Shown here one piece after another: positions 53,581-62,865 of a DNA stretch of 64,000 nucleotides; positions within the stretch are counted from its first letter, which is position 1; each line of letters opens with the position of its first letter. Below the pieces are notes generated by a model. That model was not told the origin of the DNA. It searched no databases and saw nothing but the letters and a program-made list of their open reading frames with translations. The stretch covers positions 6,848,001 through 6,912,000 of the forward strand of contig CAWAIF010000003.1 in the NCBI GenBank assembly GCA_963782055.1, given 5' to 3'. The position numbers and the translations under genes are program-made. Source of the DNA: an uncultured delta proteobacterium (GTDB taxonomy: Bacteria; Myxococcota_A; Polyangia; Polyangiales; Polyangiaceae).

Positions 53581-54510
53581 GTGGGACAGCGCAGCAACAC
53601 CGAGACCATCGTCGCGCTCCTCAAGGCGTTCCTGGATCAGCGCACATGGAAGCAGGCGGACCTGGCGCGCCACGTCGGCGTCCAGCCCGCCACCGTCCAC
53701 AAGCGCCTGGAGGAGCTGCGCGCCTGCGGCGTCCCCCTCGAGAGCGAGCGGGAGCACCCCCACGTCTTCTGGAGCGTGCCGCGGAGCTGGTACCCCGGCG
53801 GCGTGCTCTTCACCGGCGAGCAGGTGACGCAGATGTTCCGGCAGCTCTCCCGCCTGCCGAAGAGCAAGGCGCGCAACGCGCTCATCGAGACGGTGCTCCG
53901 GTACCTGCCCACGCGCCAGCCGGCGATCGCCATCGTCCCCGCGGAGACCACCGCGCGCGAGGAGCAGCACCTGCCCGTCATCGAGGACGCGGCGAACCAG
54001 AAGGTCGCCCTCCAGTTCCGCTACTTCACCGCCAACCGCGGCAGCGAGGGCAGGCGCCACGCGTCGGTGCACCGGGTGGTGCTCGGACCGCCCGCGCGCT
54101 TCGTCGCCACCTGCCACCGCACCGGCGGCCTCAAGTGGTTTCGCGTGGAGAACGTGTCCGACGCGAAGCTCGACGCCCGCGAGCCCTTCCGCGACGCCGA
54201 CGCGAAGACGGTGGACGCCCACCTGCGCGCCAGCCTGGACGGCTTCCACGAGGGCCGTCCCCCCGAGGCGCACGTCTTCTTCGTGAGCGATCCGGACGCG
54301 CGCTGGGTCGCCCGCAACCTCCTCGAGGAGATGCGCGCGGAGGAGGTCCCTGGCGGGATCCGCGTGACGCTGGAGACCTCCGCGCTCACCCGCCTCGCGC
54401 GGTTCGTGGTGGGCCTCGGCGCCGCGGCCAGACCGCTCACCCCCGCGCTGCGGGCGGAGGTGTCGGCGCTCGCGAAGGGTGCGCTGGAGTCGATCGCGCA
54501 GTCGAAGTAG
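53581..54510 (+). CDS. HTH + WYL domain transcriptional regulator
   Basis: N-terminal HTH (QADLARHVGV..ATV.K.L..L...G); WYL core F.Y......R.......C..TGGLKWFRVENV. Confidence 0.82.
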   Translation: MGQRSNTETIVALLKAFLDQRTWKQADLARHVGVQPATVHKRLEELRACGVPLESEREHPHVFWSVPRSWYPGGVLFTGEQVTQMFRQLSRLPKSKARNALIETVLRYLPTRQPAIAIVPAETTAREEQHLPVIEDAANQKVALQFRYFTANRGSEGRRHASVHRVVLGPPARFVATCHRTGGLKWFRVENVSDAKLDAREPFRDADAKTVDAHLRASLDGFHEGRPPEAHVFFVSDPDARWVARNLLEEMRAEEVPGGIRVTLETSALTRLARFVVGLGAAARPLTPALRAEVSALAKGALESIAQSK

Positions 54511-54612
54511 GCCCTCCCGGCCGGGAGTGAACAAGCGGCCAGTCGTGGCTATCTGGTGCGCCCTTTCGGCGAAGGGGCAGTCGCACGGTGAGAGGTACCC
54601 GAGGAGGCCTCC

Positions 54613-54876
54613 ATGAGCGACTTCGATCCCACCGCCGCGCTGCTGCAGTTTCCGGATACGCCGCGCGTCCGGCGCGCGCGCACCCTCGACATCGCGGGCA
54701 GGGCGATCCCGCTCCTGCAGGCGGCGCTGGATGCGGGCAACGCGACGCTGCTCCGCGAGCTCTTCGCGGTGCTCGGGGACGTGGCCGCCGGCGAGGACGC
54801 GCTCGCCCGGTTCGTGGCTATCTCCGTCGCGGACGCGCAGGTCGTGGCGATCGCCGGAGAGGCGGCGGGATCATGA
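54613..54876 (+). CDS. Small hypothetical protein
   Basis: GAGGAGG SD; ATGA overlap with the next gene. Confidence 0.6.
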   Translation: MSDFDPTAALLQFPDTPRVRRARTLDIAGRAIPLLQAALDAGNATLLRELFAVLGDVAAGEDALARFVAISVADAQVVAIAGEAAGS

Positions 54877-56267
54877 GCCGCGGCGCTCACCTGTCCAAGT
54901 CGCGGTACACCGCCGGTCTCCAGTGCCACCGCGCGCTGTGGTGGAGGGTCCACGACCCGGAGGCGCCGGAGCTCGTCAGCGGCCCGGAGCTGCAGGCGAT
55001 CTTCGACCGGGGCGCGCGCGTGGGCGAGCTCGCCCGGGAGTACCTCCCCGGCGGAGAGCTCATCCACTCTCCCTGCGAGGAGGTCGAGAGGAGCATCGAG
55101 GCGACGCGCGCAGCGATCGCCGCGGGCGCCAGGATCATCTACGAGGCCTCCTTCCGCGCCGACGACGTGTTCGTCGCGGTCGACATCCTGCACCGGCCTC
55201 CGCGCAGCCGCGGCTGGACCCTCTCGGAGGTGAAGTCGACGACGAAGGTGAAGCCGCACCACATCCCCGGCGCCGCGGTGCAGACGCACGTGCTCCGCCG
55301 CGCGGGGCTCCCCGTCACGCGGACCGAGGTGATGCACCTCGAGCGCGAGTGCCGCCACCCGGCCCTCTACAACCTCTTCACCCGCACCGACGTGAGCGAG
55401 GAGGTCGAGGAGTACCTGCCCGCCGTCCCGCGGGAGGTGAGGGCGCAGCTCCGGATGCTCGGGCGCGCGTCGCCGCCGGAGGTCCGGCCCGGCGCGCACT
55501 GCACCGCGCCGTACGTGTGTCCCTTCCTCGCGCGCTGCTGGGGGGAGGAGGAGGAGGTCGTACAAAAGGAGGCGGTCATCGTCGACGAGCGTCTGCGCGA
55601 CGTGCTCGCGGGGCTCGAGGGCCCGATCGCCCACCTCGACTTCGAGACCGTCAATCCGGCCGTGCCCGTCTGGCCAGGTTGCCGTCCGTACGATCCGGTT
55701 CCGGTGCAGTTCAGCGTCCACTTCGAGCCGGTGGGAGAGGGCGCTCCGAGGCACTTCGAGTGGCTCGCCAGCGGAGCGGGTGATCCTCGCACTGCGCTCG
55801 CGCGCGCCCTCGTCCGCGCCCTGCGGGGCGCGCGCACGGTCATCGTGTATCACCAGCCCTTCGAGCAGGGGCGGCTGCGCGATCTCCAGGAGGCGGTGCC
55901 GGACCTCGCCGGCGAGCTCGAGGACATCATCGCGCGCCTGGTGGACCTGCTGCCCATCGTGCGCAGGCACGTGGTGCACCCGGGGTTCGGGGGGCGCTAC
56001 AGCCTGAAGAAGGTGGCGCCCGCGCTGGTGCCCGGGCTGCGCTACGAGGAGATGGAGATCGGGGACGGCGCGGCGGCGAGCCGGGCGCTGGAGACTCTGC
56101 TGCTCGGGCCGGAGGTGAGCGCGGGGGAGCGGCGGAGGACGCGGGAGGCGCTGCTGGCGTACTGCGGGCAGGACACGCTGGCGACGATGGGGGTGCTCTC
56201 GTGGCTGCGAAGGGCGGTGGGATCGCGCGGGATGCGGACGGCGCGACGCGCAGGGCGCGGGGCCTGA
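54873..56267 (+). CDS. DUF2779-domain protein: Cas4-like PD-(D/E)XK nuclease fused to an RNase H-like domain
   Basis: LSKS.Y..GLQC, DIL...EVKS, HC..PY.CPF...C (4 Cys), LDFET, YSLKKV.PAL and YC.QDT. Confidence 0.82.
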   Translation: MSRGAHLSKSRYTAGLQCHRALWWRVHDPEAPELVSGPELQAIFDRGARVGELAREYLPGGELIHSPCEEVERSIEATRAAIAAGARIIYEASFRADDVFVAVDILHRPPRSRGWTLSEVKSTTKVKPHHIPGAAVQTHVLRRAGLPVTRTEVMHLERECRHPALYNLFTRTDVSEEVEEYLPAVPREVRAQLRMLGRASPPEVRPGAHCTAPYVCPFLARCWGEEEEVVQKEAVIVDERLRDVLAGLEGPIAHLDFETVNPAVPVWPGCRPYDPVPVQFSVHFEPVGEGAPRHFEWLASGAGDPRTALARALVRALRGARTVIVYHQPFEQGRLRDLQEAVPDLAGELEDIIARLVDLLPIVRRHVVHPGFGGRYSLKKVAPALVPGLRYEEMEIGDGAAASRALETLLLGPEVSAGERRRTREALLAYCGQDTLATMGVLSWLRRAVGSRGMRTARRAGRGA

Positions 56268-56360
56268 CGCGCGTGCCCCGCGTTGCCGCCGTCACGGGCC
56301 GAGGTACCGCGTACGTTCGCGCTTGCGGAACATCTGACCGGACGTATAGGTTCTTCCAGA

Positions 56361-57155
56361 ATGGTGCCAGGCGCCAGCGACGACGAGATCGTGTCGTTCA
56401 GCCGCCCGCCCGTGGTCGAGGTGGTGTACGGCGCGCAGTTTCACGCGCTCCCGCTGCAGACCGTCCACTACGGCAGGTTCTGGGACCGCATCCGCCAGAC
56501 GTATCAAAAGACGCTGGACGTGCCGCCGCTGCCCTCCATCCTGGAGACACCGGCCGGTCAATCCGCCGTCGGTATCTTCACCGTCTCGCCGCTACCCGAC
56601 CTCCGCCGCGTGTTCTTCGTCGACGAGGAGCACGGCCGGATGCTCCAGCTCCAGCCCAACCGTTTCCACCACAACTGGCGACGTCGAACGGACGTGGAGC
56701 CCTATCCTCGATTCCGTGAACTTCGCCCCCAGTTCGTCGACAGGTGGCGGGAGTTCCTCACGTTCCTCGAGGACGAAGGTCTACCTCCCCCTCATGTCAC
56801 TCAGGGGGAGATGACGTACATCAACCAGATGCCCTTCGGTGAGCTCTGGGACGACGCCGGGCTCGCCAGGCTATTCCCGTGGCTGACGCCCAGGAACCCT
56901 GCGCTACCGGCTGCGCCGGGCGTCGAGGTCGCGCTCCACTTCGAGGCACCGGAGCTGCACGGCAGAGTCCACATCACCATCGGTATGGCGACTCCGCCGA
57001 AGGACGGGCAGCGCGTGGTCCAGATGGAGCTCACCGCGCGCGGCGCGCCCGACAATCTGGAGCAGTGGCTCGTGGCAGCACGGAGCGCGATTGTTCGCAG
57101 CTTCGTCGAGCTCACGGGGGCGGACGCCCACGCACACTGGGGGAGGGTCACTTGA
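56361..57155 (+). CDS. TIGR04255 family protein
   Basis: F..PPVVEVV...QF, LQLQ.NRF..NWR, YP.F, YIN and F..LT...AH..W pattern. Confidence 0.78.
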   Translation: MVPGASDDEIVSFSRPPVVEVVYGAQFHALPLQTVHYGRFWDRIRQTYQKTLDVPPLPSILETPAGQSAVGIFTVSPLPDLRRVFFVDEEHGRMLQLQPNRFHHNWRRRTDVEPYPRFRELRPQFVDRWREFLTFLEDEGLPPPHVTQGEMTYINQMPFGELWDDAGLARLFPWLTPRNPALPAAPGVEVALHFEAPELHGRVHITIGMATPPKDGQRVVQMELTARGAPDNLEQWLVAARSAIVRSFVELTGADAHAHWGRVT

Positions 57156-57673
57156 GCGCCGCGAAGATGTTCGCGTACGGTGGCAGCGGGACATCGTCCA
57201 GCGTCCTGGAGTCCGGCACGGGTGCACCTACCCGTCCCCGGGGTTCGCTCGGGACGACGGTGGACCTTTCTGGGACGGCGAGGCAGGTCGAACGGGCGAG
57301 CGAGATCCTGGCGGCCGAGGAGAGCGCGCTCGGCCGGATCAAGGAGCTCGTCGGACAGACCGCCTCACGTGACTGGGACGGCGAGGGAGGGGAGCCGATC
57401 GAGCCGCGCCAGTGGGACGACGCGAGGGCGCTCGTGTCCCGTGCAGTCCGTGAGCTCCTCGGGCTCCCCCCGCCGTTCGTCAGCGCGTGCGGAGACGGCA
57501 CTGTGCACCTCCAGTGGACGACCCCGCACGGCGACCGTGGCATCATCGAGATCGGACGCGACGCGTACTGGTGGGACTACCTTCCGGCTCCGGATCGCGG
57601 AGAGCAGGACGAGGTGCTCGCACTCTCGAGCCCGGACCCGGCCTTCGAGAAGGTCCGCGCGCTCTTCGGTTGA
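57152..57673 (+). CDS. Hypothetical protein (WDG-motif partner of the TIGR04255 gene)
   Basis: TTGA overlap with upstream stop; DWDGEGGEPI...P.V....DG.V.L.W; start may be ATG 57167. Confidence 0.65.
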   Translation: MSAAKMFAYGGSGTSSSVLESGTGAPTRPRGSLGTTVDLSGTARQVERASEILAAEESALGRIKELVGQTASRDWDGEGGEPIEPRQWDDARALVSRAVRELLGLPPPFVSACGDGTVHLQWTTPHGDRGIIEIGRDAYWWDYLPAPDRGEQDEVLALSSPDPAFEKVRALFG

Positions 57674-57675
57674 CG

Positions 57676-58098
57676 ATGCCCGGAGACCGGCCGGACGTCA
57701 CCGAGCTCGAGGTCGCTCCGGACGACTCCATCCTGTTCCGGTTCGTGCAGCCGACTCACATCGACGCCAAGGCGCCGCCCGGCGCCCGGCTACAGACCGC
57801 CGCGCTTCCCACGAACGAGTTCACGCCCAACGAGCACGGCTACGGAGCGTCCGTGTACGTGAAGTCGCTGCTCGCCAACGGGCTTCGCGATCTCCACGAA
57901 GCGTGCCCCAAGTGGTGCGACTGGCGCGTCGCAGAAGTCCCGGTGCGGGAAATGCTCGAACTCGGCGTGGGGGTCCGCCTCTCGCCGCAAGACTGTCCGT
58001 TCGAGGCCATCCGCCACGCACACGCGTCCCTCATTGGCGTGACGAGGCAGAAGCGGAACCTCCTCATCCGCATCATCGAGCGGCGCCTGCTCCCCTGA
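57676..58098 (+). CDS. Hypothetical protein, possible ADP-ribosyltransferase/RES-like toxin fold
   Basis: Starts 2 nt after upstream stop; LFR...ASVY...HA.L pattern (fold is an inference). Confidence 0.55.
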   Translation: MPGDRPDVTELEVAPDDSILFRFVQPTHIDAKAPPGARLQTAALPTNEFTPNEHGYGASVYVKSLLANGLRDLHEACPKWCDWRVAEVPVREMLELGVGVRLSPQDCPFEAIRHAHASLIGVTRQKRNLLIRIIERRLLP

Positions 58099-58266
58099 CG
58101 GAACGGATCACGCGTGCCATGCGCGAGGCGCTACGGATCCAGCGCGACTTCCGCGCGAACCTCGGCCATCCCCGGGGGAGGTCTCCACGCCGCGCCAGGC
58201 ATCGAGCTCCGCGATGCCCTCGTCGAGCGCGTCGCGCAGCGCCGAGCGCTTCTTCTCCTCGAGCAC
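58099..58266 (-). pseudogene. Possible ParD/ParE-type toxin-antitoxin remnant
   Basis: K..ALRDALDEGIAELD..RGVE, then MAEVRAEVALDP* in a shifted frame, then ATG MARVIRS cut off by the opposing gene. Confidence 0.35.
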
Positions 58267-58271
58267 GAGCC

Positions 58272-59909
58272 CTACCGGTTCTTCTTGCGCGCCTTGCGCG
58301 CCGCCTTGCGCTTGTCCTTCTTCGCGCGCGCCGCCTTCGGCGCGGCCGACGGCGCCCGCCCGAGCGGAGGCGTCCCGATCGAGAGCGGCCTCTCCTGCAG
58401 GTCTCGCATCCAGGCCTCGATGCCCTCCTTCGTCTCGACGTCGAAGCCCGCGGCGCGCCCCGCCTGCACCACCGACTTCGCCGTTCCGAAGTTGCGCGGG
58501 TCGGAGAGCGCGGCCTCGAGCTTCTCCACCGCGTCGCCGCCGAGCACGCGCAGGCACGCGTCCGCCTGCGGCAGCCCGAACTCGCGCTTCAGGAAGGCGT
58601 AAAACGCCCGGTTCGTCTCGATGATCGCGCGCGCCTCGGCGGCGGCGATGGTCACCTTGGCCGGGAGGATCTCGAAGAGGAGCTCCCGCAGCTCCGCCGC
58701 CTGGAGGGTCGCGACGCTGGCGCCCATGAAGCTCGCCGCGAGATCGATCACGTAGTGGCAGTCGTCGACGTGCGTCAGCGCCGCGCCCTCGGGGGACTCC
58801 GCGAAGCGGCGCACCAGCTCCTCCTCCAGCTCGGTCTCCTCGTCCGGGTCCACGTCTTCTCCGGCGCTCGCGAGCTCGGTCAGGCGGCCGAGCACGTCGT
58901 AGGGTGGCCGGTAGCGCCCGGTGTCGTCGTACGGCGCGCCCACCGTGACCTCCACCTCCCCGGCGTGCGTCTGGACCCGGAGCGTGCGCCGGAAGCCGGC
59001 GCCCGCGCGCCACGCGTCGCGCACCGCGCGGCGGTCCGCCAGCGCCTCCGGCAGCGCCAGCGCGATCGCCTCGGCGAGGGTCAGCTCCTTCGCCTTCGGC
59101 GGCCGCCCGACCATGTCCTCGTCGACCACGACGACCCAGGGATAGGCGTCGGCGCCGGCGACCTCCCAGCCGTGCTCGGCGATCTCCTTGCGCAGCGCGT
59201 CCGGCAGCTCGGCGCCTCGCTGGAAGTTGATGGCGAAGTGCGCCGGCAGCTCCGGCTCCTCGCCGGCCTCCACGTCCGCGGCCGCCTCGAGGAACCTCTC
59301 GAGGTCATCGAGCCCGGAGAAGAGCAGGACCGCGCGGCTCTCGCCGAGCTGGCCGATCACGATCATCGCCGCGTCGCGCAGGCCCAGGCTCTCGATCGTC
59401 ACCGAGAGCACGCTCTCGTCGTCGGGCACGGCCTCCCAGGGCCGCGCGCGGAAGAGGCCGGCGGCGGCGCGAAAGAAGGACGCCACCGCCGCGGGGCCGA
59501 TGTCCGGCGCCAGGTACGACGGCTCCGCCCCCGTCCCGTGCTCGCCCATGTGCTCGCGCATCGAGCCGAGCATGCCGTCGACCTCCGGTGTCGGGGCGCA
59601 GACGAGCTCCACCGCGGGGGGCAGCGCCTCCCGCAGGGCGCGCGCGAGCTCCGGCGAGGCCACGCGGACGCGCGCGGGGGTGTGGGGACGTCCGACCGCC
59701 GGGTGAAGCGTCGTGCGGTGGAAGCTCGCGGCGGCGCCGGCGAGGATCTCGCCCGGCTTCGCGGTGTCGAAGCCCAGCACCGGACCGTCGGGGAGCATCC
59801 ACACCAGCAGCTCGGGCCGGTAGGGCTCGCCCTCGCCGGTGACGTACGCCGGCATCCGTCCCACCCCGCACACCCACTCGGTGCCCTTCGATCGTGCGCT
59901 CTTCTTCAT
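58272..59909 (-). CDS. Hypothetical protein with basic C-terminal tail (cargo)
   Basis: 545 aa; clean codon usage; GGAG SD; KKDKRKAARKARKKNR tail. Confidence 0.78.
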   Translation of the reverse strand: MKKSARSKGTEWVCGVGRMPAYVTGEGEPYRPELLVWMLPDGPVLGFDTAKPGEILAGAAASFHRTTLHPAVGRPHTPARVRVASPELARALREALPPAVELVCAPTPEVDGMLGSMREHMGEHGTGAEPSYLAPDIGPAAVASFFRAAAGLFRARPWEAVPDDESVLSVTIESLGLRDAAMIVIGQLGESRAVLLFSGLDDLERFLEAAADVEAGEEPELPAHFAINFQRGAELPDALRKEIAEHGWEVAGADAYPWVVVVDEDMVGRPPKAKELTLAEAIALALPEALADRRAVRDAWRAGAGFRRTLRVQTHAGEVEVTVGAPYDDTGRYRPPYDVLGRLTELASAGEDVDPDEETELEEELVRRFAESPEGAALTHVDDCHYVIDLAASFMGASVATLQAAELRELLFEILPAKVTIAAAEARAIIETNRAFYAFLKREFGLPQADACLRVLGGDAVEKLEAALSDPRNFGTAKSVVQAGRAAGFDVETKEGIEAWMRDLQERPLSIGTPPLGRAPSAAPKAARAKKDKRKAARKARKKNR

Positions 59910-59999
59910 GGCTGCTCCAGGGCGTGGAGCATAGCCCCGTTCGGGCCGCGATCATCGCGCCGTTCTTCCCCGCGCAGGCGAGGAAGAAGGGCTCGCTCG

Positions 60000-60707
60000 C
60001 TAGCGTTCGCCGTCGCCGTGCTTCGCCAGAAGCGCGCGCAGCCGGGCCACCTCCTCGAGCGCCTTCTCCTTCTCGGCGCGTTCCGCCTCCTTCGCGGCGC
60101 GCTCCGCCTCCTCCGGCGTGGGGACGAGCACGCCATCCCGCGCGAGGCGCAGCGCAGCCGGCTCGCCTCTACCCGGAGCGATCACCCACGCGGCGCCCAG
60201 CGCGAGGCACGGCGTGGTGCCGCCGGAGACTTCGCGCTCGACCAGATCGCCCTCGATGCGATCCCACGCGCGGATGCGGAGCTCGTCCGCGTCGAAGCAC
60301 ACCACCTCCCTCGTGCCGAGGGCGCGGTAGCGCTCCAGCTTCTGCTCGAGGGGGATCGCCTCGCGCGTGTCGCTCGGACTGAGGATCTCCACGCACAGCT
60401 CCGGCGTGCCACGCTCCCACGTCTTCCACGATGGGAAGCTGTCCTGCGAAGCGCCACGCTTGACGAAGCCGTCGGGCGCGAGGCAGCGGCGAGGATCGCT
60501 CGCGTCGAAGTAGACGAACTGATCGGACCCGACCGTGTCCGCCTGCGTGACGGCGGCGCGAAGGATGGCGTGAAGGAGCTCACAGAGATCCAGATGGCGC
60601 AGCGACTGACCCAAGGCCCACTCCTCCCTCGTGGACGGGAAGTCCACCGGCCGGACCGGGCGGAGGTGGCGGATGGAGGAGGTCTGCGGCTTGGTCACCG
60701 CGCTCAT
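60000..60707 (-). CDS. Uma2 family endonuclease, copy 4
   Basis: Same motifs; 235 aa. Confidence 0.9.
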   Translation of the reverse strand: MSAVTKPQTSSIRHLRPVRPVDFPSTREEWALGQSLRHLDLCELLHAILRAAVTQADTVGSDQFVYFDASDPRRCLAPDGFVKRGASQDSFPSWKTWERGTPELCVEILSPSDTREAIPLEQKLERYRALGTREVVCFDADELRIRAWDRIEGDLVEREVSGGTTPCLALGAAWVIAPGRGEPAALRLARDGVLVPTPEEAERAAKEAERAEKEKALEEVARLRALLAKHGDGER

Positions 60708-60760
60708 GGTAACGCCTCACCGCCGGGTGCGCCGCGCCGGGTTTGCATGGCGGGGAGCAG

Positions 60761-60846
60761 AGCAGCGCGCGTGCCGGCGAGAGCGTGCGCTATTTCTCGG
60801 GCGAGGACACGCGCGCGGGCTGTCCGCGGACACCCCCGAGGGACAG
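60761..60846 (-). promoter_or_regulatory. Sigma-54 promoter plus palindrome, Uma2 copy 4
   Basis: CGGCACGCGCGCTGCT (60776-60761); TGTCC-GC-GGACA at 60821-60832. Confidence 0.66.
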
Positions 60847-60893
60847 GGCGACGACCTGGCGACAGGCCACGCCGACGCCGACAATCCGAGGTG

Positions 60894-61493
60894 TCACGGA
60901 TCGCACTCCGTCAGCGTCGGACCGCCGTAGAGGCTCGGGTACGAGCGACACCGGGGGCCCTGGTAGACGACGTCGTCCGCGTCGCCGAGCATCGCCGCCG
61001 CCGTCTGCCGCGCGGCCGCCACGTCGGCGCGATGTTCGGCGGCGCGCCGGTCCTCGATCGCAATCTCGGTGCGGGCAGCGTGATCGAGCACGGCGGCATC
61101 ATGCGAGTCGAGCAGCGCCAGCTCGTAGACCCTCGGGGCCTCGCAGCGCCGAGGGTTCGCGTCGCACGCGAGCCTGACGGCGCTCCAGTCCGCGGCGAAG
61201 TAGCGCCTCGTCAACCACGCGTCGAGCGCGCGGGCGTACAGCCTCTCGCAGCGATCGCGGTCGATGCCCGCGCACTTCTTCTCCCGGAACATGGTGCGGA
61301 AGCGCGCGGTCGACGCGTATTCGAGGAGCAGGCCGCAACCCGGCCGGAGGCCGCCATCACGACACGTCGGGGAGATGACCCGATGCGCGGCGTCGGAGCG
61401 CACGCCGGCGATCTCCGTGTCGGCGCGATCGTCGATGGCCGCGGCGTTGCAGCCCGCGCAGGCCAGCGGTACCAGCAGGAGCCCCCATCGCAT
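60894..61493 (-). CDS. Hypothetical lipoprotein (cargo)
   Basis: Signal MRWGLLLVPLACAGC. Confidence 0.7.
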   Translation of the reverse strand: MRWGLLLVPLACAGCNAAAIDDRADTEIAGVRSDAAHRVISPTCRDGGLRPGCGLLLEYASTARFRTMFREKKCAGIDRDRCERLYARALDAWLTRRYFAADWSAVRLACDANPRRCEAPRVYELALLDSHDAAVLDHAARTEIAIEDRRAAEHRADVAAARQTAAAMLGDADDVVYQGPRCRSYPSLYGGPTLTECDP

Positions 61494-61555
61494 GACTGAG
61501 GGATAGCACGCGGCTCGTGTGCGGCCACGGCTGGCCGCGCGCGGCCCTGGAGCGA

Positions 61556-62302
61556 CTACGTTCCCCCGCCGCGCTCCGCGAGCAGGGCGCGCAGCCGGGC
61601 CACCTCCTCGAGCGCCTTCTCCTTCTCGGCGCGCTCCGCCTCCTTCGCGGCGCGCTCCGCCTCCTTCGCGGCGCGCTCCGCCTCCTTCGCCGCGCGCTCC
61701 GCCTCCTCCGGCGTGGGGACGAGCACGCCATCCCGCGCGAGGCGCAGCGCAGCCGGCTCGCCTCTACCCGGAGCGATCACCCACGCGGCGCCCAGCGCGA
61801 GGCACGGCGTGGTGCCGCCCGAGACTTCGCGCTCCACCAGATCGCCCTCGATGCGGTCCCACGCGCGGATGCGGAGCTCGTCCGCGTCGAAGCACACCAC
61901 CTCCCGCGCGCCGAGGGCGCGGTAGCGCTCCAGCTTCTCCTCGAGGGGGATCGCCTCGCGCGTGTCGCTCGGACTGAGGATCTCCACGCACAGCTCCGGC
62001 GTGCCACGCTCCCACGTCTTCCACGATGGAAAGGTGTCCTGCGGCGTGCCCCGCTTCACGAACCCGTCCGGCGCGAGGCACCGGCGCGGATCGCCCGCGT
62101 CGAAGTAGACGAACTGATCGGACCCGACCGTGTCCGCCTGCGTGACGGCGGCGCGAAGGATGGCGTGAAGGAGCTCACAGAGATCCAGATGGCGCAGCGA
62201 CTGACCCAAGGCCCACTCCTCCCTCGTGGACGGGAAGTCCACCGGCCGGACCGGGCGGAGGTGGCGGATGGAGGAGGCCTGAGGCTTGGTCACCGCGCTC
62301 AT
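61556..62302 (-). CDS. Uma2 family endonuclease, copy 5 (two extra EAERAAK heptads)
   Basis: Same motifs; 248 aa. Confidence 0.9.
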   Translation of the reverse strand: MSAVTKPQASSIRHLRPVRPVDFPSTREEWALGQSLRHLDLCELLHAILRAAVTQADTVGSDQFVYFDAGDPRRCLAPDGFVKRGTPQDTFPSWKTWERGTPELCVEILSPSDTREAIPLEEKLERYRALGAREVVCFDADELRIRAWDRIEGDLVEREVSGGTTPCLALGAAWVIAPGRGEPAALRLARDGVLVPTPEEAERAAKEAERAAKEAERAAKEAERAEKEKALEEVARLRALLAERGGGT

Positions 62303-62355
62303 GGTAACGCCTCGCCGCCGGATGCGCCGCGCCGGGTTTGCATGGCGGGGAGCAG

Positions 62356-62450
62356 AGCAGCGCGCGTGCCAGCGAGGGCGCGCGGGAATTCTCGGGTGCG
62401 CGCGCGGCGCGGGGTGTCCGGGGACAGGCAAGCCGGACAGTCAGGACACC
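62356..62450 (-). promoter_or_regulatory. Sigma-54 promoter plus palindrome, Uma2 copy 5
   Basis: TGGCACGCGCGCTGCT (62371-62356); TGTCC-GG-GGACA at 62415-62426; extra GGACA repeats. Confidence 0.7.
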
Positions 62451-62577
62451 TCGAAGGCTCCGAGGACGTCACCGAGCGCGTGCGCGCCCGGTGAGCATGC
62501 CGGTCAGTCCGGCCGGGCGCCATGTGGCGTGTTGGCGAGACGAAGTGCCGCTGGACCGGCAGACCGCCGACGCTGTC

Positions 62578-62865
62578 TCACCGGACGTTCTGCTCGACCC
62601 GCCACTCGTCCCACAGGGCGAGCGCCGCACCGAGGAGCGCGCCGTACTCTGCGGAGGAGGGCCCGCCGGCGGCTTCCTGAAGGGGCCCGCGGGCCGCGTC
62701 GACCACGTCGAGCAGCCGCCTCTGGTCCTGCGCGTCCGCGTTGAAGATCTGGAGCGTGCGCTCGCGGCCATCGTAGTCGCCGACGAGCCGCTCCGAGGGA
62801 ATCCATCGCACGGGGCGACCGCCGACGAGCCGAGAGACCACGAAAGGGATCTGCTCGCGGTTCAT
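62578..62865 (-). CDS. Small hypothetical protein coupled to the HEPN gene (possibly damaged at its 3' end)
   Basis: ATGA overlap with the HEPN stop. Confidence 0.5.
   Translation of the reverse strand: MNREQIPFVVSRLVGGRPVRWIPSERLVGDYDGRERTLQIFNADAQDQRRLLDVVDAARGPLQEAAGGPSSAEYGALLGAALALWDEWRVEQNVR

Noticed and set aside
57180..61499. 1439-aa plus-strand ORF
   Set aside because: Arg/Ala/Gly-rich shadow frame overlapping well-supported genes; a typical high-GC artefact.
48789..62302. Diversity-generating retroelement (template/variable repeats)
   Set aside because: No reverse transcriptase in the window; differences among copies do not look adenine-specific; all copies are full genes.
47725..62450. 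Integron or IS/transposon explanation for the Uma2 repeats
   Set aside because: No tyrosine integrase, attC-like sites, transposase, terminal inverted repeats or target-site duplications were recognised in the window.
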